Part shown: positions 27,379 to 34,234 of the stretch, piece by piece | Layout of the letters: each line of letters begins with the position of its first letter | Numbering within the stretch: position 1 is the stretch's first letter | NCBI GenBank assembly: GCA_964456855.1 | Contig: CAYWCU010000003.1 | Location: forward strand, 1-56,851 | Source of the DNA: an uncultured Candidatus Saccharibacteria bacterium | Lineage (GTDB): Bacteria > Patescibacteriota > Minisyncoccia > UBA9983 | Direction of reading: 5' to 3' | Length of the DNA stretch: 56,851 bases | Notes under the pieces: model-generated | What the model was told of the DNA's origin: nothing | Seen by the model: the letters and a program-made list of their open reading frames with translations, nothing else | The model's database searches: none | Position numbers and translations under genes: made by a program

Positions 27379-28146
27379 ATGCAAACAATTTTAAATACAC
27401 AAATAGCAGAGTCATATAAAAGCAATTCTCAAAAAATTCGTGTAATGTCTGAAAAATGGACGGAAGAAAATATTTTTTGCCCTAATTGTGGAGACAATAT
27501 AAAGAATTATGAAAATAACAAACCTGTTGCTGATTTTTATTGCAAAAAATGTTCGGAAGATTTTGAATTAAAATCTAAAAAAGGAAAAATTGGCAAAAAA
27601 ATTGGAGCCGGTGCTTATTCTAAAATGATTGAAAGACTTGGGTCCAAGATAAAACCAAATTTCTTTTTTATGTCTTACAAAAATGAAACTTATTTTGTGA
27701 GTAATTTTTTTGTGATTCCAAAATACTTTTTTGTTCCTGAAATTATTGAAAAAAGAAAGGCTCTTTCTGAAAATGCAAAGAGGGCGGGTTGGATCGGTTC
27801 AAATATATTATTTTCAAAGATTCCTGATTCTGGAAAAATTTTTTATATTGAAAACGGAAATGAGTTTTCCAGAGAAGATGTTTTGGATAAGTGGCAAAAA
27901 ACAGTTTTTATAAAAAACATTAAACAAACAGAAGCAAAGGGATGGATTTTTGACATAATGAACTGCATTGAATCTTTAGATAAAAAAGAATTTTTACTTC
28001 CAGATATTTATAAATTTGAAAAAGATTTAAAAATTTTACATCCAAAAAATAAAAATATTAAAGCAAAAATTAGACAACAATTACAATTTTTAAGAGATAA
28101 AGGTTATTTGGAATTTAAAGAAAAGGGAAAATATAAATTGGTTTGA
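27379..28146 (+). CDS. DpnI-family (Dam-replacing) restriction endonuclease
   Basis: SQKIRVMSE, CPNCG and ADFYCKKCSEDFELKSK Zn/PD-(D/E)XK motifs, RAGWIGSNI, winged-helix KIRQQLQFLRDKG. Confidence 0.9.
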   Translation: MQTILNTQIAESYKSNSQKIRVMSEKWTEENIFCPNCGDNIKNYENNKPVADFYCKKCSEDFELKSKKGKIGKKIGAGAYSKMIERLGSKIKPNFFFMSYKNETYFVSNFFVIPKYFFVPEIIEKRKALSENAKRAGWIGSNILFSKIPDSGKIFYIENGNEFSREDVLDKWQKTVFIKNIKQTEAKGWIFDIMNCIESLDKKEFLLPDIYKFEKDLKILHPKNKNIKAKIRQQLQFLRDKGYLEFKEKGKYKLV

Positions 28147-28177
28147 CTTTTTGATTAAAGTGATCAAAGATTAAATT

Positions 28178-28399
28178 ATGTTGGACTTGAGACTAAATAA
28201 AAAAGAAGATAGTGGATGGGTTAGATTAACTAAATATAAAGACGTTTTTTTAATAACTTTGTATGGAAACAATGAAATAGAGAATAAGTTAAAAGTTAAA
28301 TTGAGTGATTATACATTTGCAATTATAGATAAATCTATAAGAGATATTATTGGGAAAAAACCCAAGGAAATATTTATTTTGGATTTTGAAAAGAAGTAA
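28178..28399 (+). CDS. Hypothetical 73-aa protein
   Basis: ORF co-oriented in an AT-rich island; no motif recognised. Confidence 0.55.
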   Translation: MLDLRLNKKEDSGWVRLTKYKDVFLITLYGNNEIENKLKVKLSDYTFAIIDKSIRDIIGKKPKEIFILDFEKK

Positions 28400-28413
28400 T
28401 CAGAAACTAAAAT

Positions 28414-28624
28414 ATGAAAAAATGGTAATTTTTTAAAAGAATGTAGTGAGTGCTGTGGGTGTGAATTTGAAATAAATGAATTTATTGTTCATAGGGCCAT
28501 ACTTTCAGATAATGGTAAAGATTTGACTTATTATAAAGTTAAGAATCATGGGATTGAAAATATAATTTGTAGAAAATGTGGAGCTGAGTATTTTGAAAAT
28601 AATTTTAAGCAAATAAATTTTTAA
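28414..28624 (+). pseudogene. Frameshifted Zn-ribbon-like small protein
   Basis: ATG 28414 followed by A6 gives MKKW*; removing one A gives MKNGNFLKECSECCGCEF...ICRKCGAEYFENNFKQINF*. Confidence 0.55.
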
Positions 28625-28915
28625 CTTGATAACTTTGCTGATGAAATGAAAAAAGTCGCAAAAGAACTTTATCGTGTATTGAAAAAAGGAAAATATTGCG
28701 CGATTTTGATTGGCGATACGAGAAGACAAAAAATATATCAACCAATGGCATATAAAGTTATGGACAGGTTTTTAAAACAAGGCTTTGAATTAAAGGAAGA
28801 TATCATTAAGCAACAGCATAATTGTCAAGCAACGGGTTTTTGGGTCAATAAATCAAAAGAATATAATTTCCTTTTGATTATGCACGAGCATTTATTTGTC
28901 TTTGTTAAGTCATAA
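28625..28915 (+). pseudogene. C-terminal fragment of an N4/N6 DNA methyltransferase
   Basis: EMKKVAKELYRVLKKGKYCAILIGD...EDIIK...HEHLFVF; no SPPY/DPPY or SAM-binding motif; in-frame stop immediately upstream. Confidence 0.75.
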
Positions 28916-29126
28916 AAAATAAATACTCAGGAAACGTCACCACACACTCGGCACACAAATTGGGGCCAGGGTTACCGCACGCTCCGTGCGTTAATCGGTC
29001 TTATGTTCAAACAAAGCTTGGCTAGAGGCTATTATAAATTCACAAATAAAGAGAAAAATGCGATGCGTTTTCCTCTTTATTTTTATGTCCGGGGCAAAGT
29101 TATCATATTTTTAAGGTGTTTGCCCT

Positions 29127-29151
29127 CAAAAAGTGATAACATCACTTTTTG
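29127..29151. terminator. Hairpin at the 3' end of tRNA-Glu
   Basis: CAAAAAGTGAT-AAC-ATCACTTTTTG. Confidence 0.6.
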
Positions 29152-29221
29152 ACCCTACGGGGAATCGAACCCCGGTTTCATCCGTGAGAGGGATGTGTCC
29201 TAGCCGCTAGACGATAGGGCC
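29150..29221 (-). tRNA. tRNA-Glu(CUC), CCA not encoded
   Basis: Minus strand GGCCCTA...CATCC-CT-CTC-AC-GGATG...CGGGG-TTCGATT-CCCCG-TAGGGTC-A. Confidence 0.95.
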
Positions 29222-29415
29222 ATATTTAATTGTCCACAATTCAGGTTCGATTCCGGGAATCGGTCACAAGTCGCTCACTTTGCTCGCGCTCGCAATCCCA
29301 CCTCGCCGTCGCTTCCTTGAAAATCGCTCCTCCTCCGGAGGAACGACAGGGCCTTATGCTCCTTAATTTACCATTTTGGGGGAATATTTCAAGGCTGACG
29401 CTGAAATTTAAGGGT

Positions 29416-29497
29416 GGGCGATGCCAGAATCTTTTGCGGGTCGTGTTATAATAAAACAATGGTGGTAAAAAAAGGATACATAAGTAATGGGCTCAGG
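29416..29497 (+). repeat. 82-bp exact duplicate of the ABC-transporter promoter and 5' end (copy 1)
   Basis: Identical to 32331-32412; similarity continues imperfectly for about 38 nt. Confidence 0.95.
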
Positions 29498-29572
29498 ATT
29501 GTTTTTCATTATTTGGCGGAGTTTGAAAAAGAAATCGAACTAGATAATTTTCTTGAAAATATTACCCTTTAG
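29459..29572 (+). pseudogene. Truncated duplicate of the ABC-transporter N-terminus (37 aa)
   Basis: MVVKKGYISNGLRIVFHYLAEFEKEIELDNFLENITL* versus MVVKKGYISNGLRVIFRYLAEYKKDL. Confidence 0.8.
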
Positions 29573-29722
29573 TTAATCATTATTATTTTTATAGATTTAC
29601 GGTTCTGGTGTAGCTGTAAAAAACACGGGACAATTCCCGAAACAATTAAAAAAGTCGGATTTGAGATTTAAAATGTATATTTTATGCCTATAATTGAATA
29701 ATCCGCAATATTTTGTTGATTA

Positions 29723-29751
29723 TTGACAAATAACATTGCTTTTGATACACT
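29723..29751 (+). promoter_or_regulatory. sigma70-type promoter of the AAA/RloB pair
   Basis: TTGACA-17 nt-TACACT. Confidence 0.7.
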
Positions 29752-29794
29752 TTTAATGTCGATTAGATATTAAAATTAAACAAGAAAAACAACC

Positions 29795-30988
29795 ATGATA
29801 CATTCTTTTTCGTTTAAAAATTTTTACTCTTTCAAGGATGAGGGGGTTATTTCTTTTGAAGTAGTTGAAAAGGCCCCAAAGACAGGCAGTTATTTTTTGT
29901 CGCCCGCGAAAAAACGCCTAACAAAAGTTTTGGCGGTTTTTGGACATAATGCGTCTGGGAAAACGAACGCGCTTAAGCCGTTAAGTTTTTTGCAGTGGTT
30001 TATAATTTCCGCTTTTTCAGATGATGCAGAAAAAGAAATCTCAATACCCCCATTTACTTTTGATGAAGAAAGCAAAAATAAATCGTCAATTTTTTCTGTG
30101 GAGTTTGAGATTAACGAGAAAGTATATCAGTATTTTGTAGAATTAAAACAAAAATATGTTTTACGCGAGGAATTAAAAATTAAAGGGACCACAAAGTTTA
30201 AAACATTATTTTCGCGTGAACTTAATGAGAGTAACGGTAAATATGTTTTTCAAATTTCTCAACAATGGAAACTCAACGATGCGATAAAAAACGCTACTCG
30301 TAAGAATAGTTCGCTGTTGGCAACAGCGTTTCGTTTTGAACATGAAGAAAGCAAAAAAATTATTGATTTTTGGAAGAAGATTGAAACAAATGTATTTAAG
30401 GACGGAAAAGATGACGATGTTGACAACGGGATTTTTTCAGCTGCTAATTTTTTTCACGGTAATGCAAAATTAAAAGAGAAGGCGAATGAATTAATATCTA
30501 AATTTGATTTAGGTCTTAAGGAGATTGATATTAAACAAAACAAAGAGGACGATAAAATAAGCTATACTATTAAAGGTGTGCATATTATTGAGAATAAAGA
30601 AAAATTATTGGGCTTTCAATATGAATCAGCTGGCACAAAGAAATTATTTACACTCTTGAAAAACATTTTGGTTGTTTTAAACCGTGGCGGAATTGCTGTT
30701 CTTGATGAATTTGACACTGACCTGCATCCGGCAATGGTGTCGGCGCTACTTGAGCTGTTTATCTCACCGGAAACAAACCCCCATAACGCTCAAATTATTT
30801 TTAGCGCGCACAGCCCATATATTCTTAACGAGTTAGATAAATATCAAATTATTTTTGCAGAAAAAGACAAAAAAGGATGTAGCGAGATATGGCGACTGGA
30901 TGATATGGAGGGTATCCGTTCAGATGATAATTATTATGCTAAATATATGGCGGGAGCGTATGGCGCGGTTCCAAAATTTGATTTGTAA
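29795..30988 (+). CDS. AAA_21/AbiEii-type ABC ATPase (RloA/AbiLi-like)
   Basis: KNFYSFKD, Walker A GHNASGKT, ESAGTKKL signature, Walker B LDEFDTDLHP, Y-x-AG-x-YGAVP tail. Confidence 0.9.
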   Translation: MIHSFSFKNFYSFKDEGVISFEVVEKAPKTGSYFLSPAKKRLTKVLAVFGHNASGKTNALKPLSFLQWFIISAFSDDAEKEISIPPFTFDEESKNKSSIFSVEFEINEKVYQYFVELKQKYVLREELKIKGTTKFKTLFSRELNESNGKYVFQISQQWKLNDAIKNATRKNSSLLATAFRFEHEESKKIIDFWKKIETNVFKDGKDDDVDNGIFSAANFFHGNAKLKEKANELISKFDLGLKEIDIKQNKEDDKISYTIKGVHIIENKEKLLGFQYESAGTKKLFTLLKNILVVLNRGGIAVLDEFDTDLHPAMVSALLELFISPETNPHNAQIIFSAHSPYILNELDKYQIIFAEKDKKGCSEIWRLDDMEGIRSDDNYYAKYMAGAYGAVPKFDL

Positions 30989-31001
30989 TTAACACAACAA
31001 T

Positions 31002-31538
31002 ATGTCACGAACAAATCCTTCCAAAAAGAAAAGAAGATATATAAAAGAAACAATTCTTTTATATTGTGAGGGTCAGCACGAAGAAGTATTTGTTAAATAT
31101 CTTAAAAACTTATACGCGCGAAATAGCGGCGTAAGCGTGAAAACAAAAAATAATCATGGCGGCGGAGCTAACGAAGTTCTAAGGGGCGCGCTTAAATATT
31201 CCGCTAATGGCGGATATGACCGCAAGTTTTGTATTGTAGATACAGATACGGGCATTGACGCTTCGCTTGAAAAAAAGGTTCACAGTGCTGGAATTATTTT
31301 GATAAAAAATACGCCATGCTTTGAATCGTTATTATTGCGGATATTAGGAAGAGATGATTTTGCGGGCAAATCAAATGACAAATGCAAGAAAGAATTTCAA
31401 AGCAAATATGTGGGAAAGGGGAAACGCGCGAATTGGCGGAATTACGAAAAATTTTTTCCAAAAAAGTTGTTGGAGCAAAAACAGAAAGAAATTTTAAACT
31501 TAAAAATAATTATTTCAGCAATGAAGAAACAAAGTTAA
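31002..31538 (+). CDS. RloB-family (TOPRIM-like) protein
   Basis: LYCEGQHE, CIVDTD, NTPCFESLLL; 13 nt downstream of the AAA_21 ATPase. Confidence 0.85.
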   Translation: MSRTNPSKKKRRYIKETILLYCEGQHEEVFVKYLKNLYARNSGVSVKTKNNHGGGANEVLRGALKYSANGGYDRKFCIVDTDTGIDASLEKKVHSAGIILIKNTPCFESLLLRILGRDDFAGKSNDKCKKEFQSKYVGKGKRANWRNYEKFFPKKLLEQKQKEILNLKIIISAMKKQS

Positions 31539-31551
31539 AAATGACAAAAAC

Positions 31552-31641
31552 AAAATCACAGAAAGCCACAAACTCAGAAAAGAAAGCAAAGAACTTCTGG
31601 AAGAAGCAAAAAGAAAAGTAGAGGAGGAGATTGAGAGGTAA
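31552..31641 (+). pseudogene. C-terminal remnant resembling a restriction-system specificity (HsdS-like) subunit
   Basis: Startless frame KITESHKLRKESKELLEEAKRKVEEEIER*; resemblance is from memory. Confidence 0.5.
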
Positions 31642-31660
31642 AAAATATTAAAATAAATTT

Positions 31661-32289
31661 ATGCTATATAAAATAAAACAATTTAAAGATAAACTTATTG
31701 ATGACGCCTACGATAATTTCATGAAAGAACTTGGTAAATTTTATGAAAGGAAATGGGAGTGTAATAAGCCGCATATCATTATTGTTGACGACAGAAAAAC
31801 CATAGATTCGTGGAAGCGAAAAAAACTGAGGATTGGATTAAGGCGTGGGCGCAAAACGGAATAGTATTTATGTTGAACAGAAAGAATTTAGAGAAGGAGA
31901 GCAGTCATATTTATCATAAAGAAAAATATCTTGCCACGGTTAATCACGAATTGAGCCATCTGTTTTTTTCCGCGTTGAGCGAAAACGGCTATCACCCGGT
32001 TTGGTTCGCGGAGGGTCTTGCCATATATACATCGGGGCAAAATAAGTGGAAAAAACGGCCCGAAAAATTTCCTACTCTTTTGAATTTTGAAGAAAATGGC
32101 GGGAGCGGCGTATATAGCGAATCAGGTTTTGTTATTGATATACTTATAAAAAAATTCGGAAAAAAGAAACTGCTTGATTTAATCAAGCAGTCAAAAGATT
32201 CAAAAAACGGAAACGATTTCAAAAAAATATTTTCTAAGATTTATAAGTTTAATTTAAATTTTAGAAATATTAATAATTTGTATAACTAA
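31661..32289 (+). pseudogene. HExxH zinc metallopeptidase-like gene split by a -1 frameshift at an A7 run (31819-31825)
   Basis: Frame 1 ...DDRKTIDSWKRKK joins frame 2 TEDWIKAWA...NHELSH...WFAEGLA. Confidence 0.75.
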
Positions 32290-32303
32290 AGCAACTAACT
32301 CAA

Positions 32304-32333
32304 CCCGCCAATCCGCCGCGGCGGATTGGCGGG
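32304..32333. repeat. Perfect 30-bp GC-rich palindrome at the right border of the island
   Basis: CCCGCCAATCCGCCG-CGGCGGATTGGCGGG. Confidence 0.9.
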
Positions 32334-32412
32334 CGATGCCAGAATCTTTTGCGGGTCGTGTTATAATAAAACAATGGTGGTAAAAAAAGGATACATAAGT
32401 AATGGGCTCAGG
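32331..32412 (+). repeat. 82-bp repeat, copy 2 (native ABC promoter and 5' end)
   Basis: Identical to 29416-29497. Confidence 0.95.
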
Positions 32413-34155
32413 GTTATTTTTCGCTATTTGGCGGAATATAAAAAGGATTTAATCGTTCTTTCCGTTTTGGGCGTAATTTCGGCGGTTGCCAACGGCGTCG
32501 TTCCTTATTTGGTAGGCCGTCTTTTTGACGCGATTCTCAGCCCTGTGCCGGTTTTTGCGGGAACATCGGTTGAAATGCCGATATGGCTGTTTTTTATAAT
32601 TTTATGGGGAATCACGCAGATTGTTGCCAATGTTATTGATTGGATAGTTAACACGAGAGGCGATTGGATGGGCACAAAACTCCATGCCAGCTATATGTCC
32701 GACAGTTTCAGCCGGCTTTTGGAAATGCCCGTATCTTTTCACGCGAACCGAAAAATGGGGGAGGTGACGAACAAATTTAACAGGGCGGCAAACGCGCTGC
32801 AAACAATATCGGGCGACGTGATTATAACTCTGGCGCCTCAATTTTTAAGCTTGATAGTCGCTTTTGCAATCACTTTTTCAATGAACGCCACGCTGGCAAG
32901 CATTTTATGTTTTGGAGTTATTATTTATATCATTATCCTCATAAAAACTGCTCCGCCTCTCGTGTCTTTGCAGGGGAAAATGAACAATGCCTACGGGAAA
33001 GCATATGGCGATTCTTATGATGCCGTGTTTAATGTAACAATGGTCAAACAATCTGTTTCTGAAACAGCTGAGCAAAAAAAAATATTTAAAAACTTCCAAC
33101 TCACCGCTTCGCGATTTTATATGAGGATGGTTGCCATTTGGCGAAAACTTACCTTTTACCAGCGGCTGATTATCATGGTCACGCAGCTCGCGGTATTTAT
33201 AGTGTCAATTATGTTTATCCAAAAAGGACAGATGTCAATCGGCGAGCTTATTATGTTTAACGGTTATGCCGCAATGCTCTTTGCGCCGTTCGCGGTTCTG
33301 GGCAATAATTGGCAAACAATCCAGAACGGGATTATCATAATTGAGCAAAGCGATAAAATTTTATCCTCTCCTTTGGAAAATTATAATCCCGCCGGCGCCC
33401 CGATTCTTTCCGACATTAAGGGCGAAATCATTTTTGACAACGTGAGTTTTGCTTATCAAAAAAAACAGAAGACGGTGCTTGACAGCGTGAGCTTCAGGGC
33501 GAGCCCCGGCGAGGTTGTCGCGCTGGTCGGCGAATCGGGTGAAGGGAAGAGCACTCTCGTAGATTTGATTTCGGGATACTATTTCCCGCAAAAAGGAAAA
33601 GTTTTAATTGACGGGCATAATGTAAAAAAACTTAATTTGAAGTTTTTGCGCTCCAAAATCGCGGTCGTTCCTCAGGAAGTGGTGCTTTTCAACGATACGA
33701 TAAAGATGAACATAAAATACGGAAACCCCGGCGCTTCGGACGAAGAAGTTGAGGAAGTCGCCCGTAAAGCGCGCTGCTTGGAATTCATTGAAAAATTTCC
33801 GAAAAAATGGAAGCAAATCGTCGGCGAGCGAGGAGTGAAGCTTTCCGTCGGACAAAAACAGCGGGTGGCGATTGCGCGCGCCATTTTGCGCAATCCGCGG
33901 ATTTTGATTTTGGACGAACCGACATCCGCGCTTGACGCCAAATCGGAACAAATCATTCAGCACTCGCTTGAAGAATTGATGAAAGGGAGAACGACCCTTA
34001 TAATCGCTCATCGTCTGAGCACGGTCCGCCGGGCGGATAAGATTTTGGTTATCAAAAACGGCAAAATTGAGGAAAAAGGAAACCACGAAGAACTTATGCG
34101 GATTCCGGACGGGATTTACCGCGCCCTTTATGAACTGCAAATCGGGTTGAGATAG
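32374..34155 (+). CDS. ABC exporter, fused TMD-NBD (MsbA/MdlB-like)
   Basis: 6-TM domain, GESGEGKST, LSVGQKQR, LILDEPTSALD, IAHRLST; start set by TGt-TATAAT 6 nt before ATG. Confidence 0.95.
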   Translation: MVVKKGYISNGLRVIFRYLAEYKKDLIVLSVLGVISAVANGVVPYLVGRLFDAILSPVPVFAGTSVEMPIWLFFIILWGITQIVANVIDWIVNTRGDWMGTKLHASYMSDSFSRLLEMPVSFHANRKMGEVTNKFNRAANALQTISGDVIITLAPQFLSLIVAFAITFSMNATLASILCFGVIIYIIILIKTAPPLVSLQGKMNNAYGKAYGDSYDAVFNVTMVKQSVSETAEQKKIFKNFQLTASRFYMRMVAIWRKLTFYQRLIIMVTQLAVFIVSIMFIQKGQMSIGELIMFNGYAAMLFAPFAVLGNNWQTIQNGIIIIEQSDKILSSPLENYNPAGAPILSDIKGEIIFDNVSFAYQKKQKTVLDSVSFRASPGEVVALVGESGEGKSTLVDLISGYYFPQKGKVLIDGHNVKKLNLKFLRSKIAVVPQEVVLFNDTIKMNIKYGNPGASDEEVEEVARKARCLEFIEKFPKKWKQIVGERGVKLSVGQKQRVAIARAILRNPRILILDEPTSALDAKSEQIIQHSLEELMKGRTTLIIAHRLSTVRRADKILVIKNGKIEEKGNHEELMRIPDGIYRALYELQIGLR

Positions 34156-34234
34156 AATTGGCGCGGCTTGAATTGGGTCTGACCATAATCTGCCTAACAT
34201 TCCTATCCGGCGATTTTTTTGCTAAAATCAGTGT

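Noticed and set aside
28930-28945. GTCACCA as a duplicated tRNA 3' end (att site)
   Set aside because: The match is too short and lacks an adjoining T-arm.
27370-32333. Prophage or integrative element
   Set aside because: No integrase, recombinase, replication or structural genes; only defence genes and remnants.
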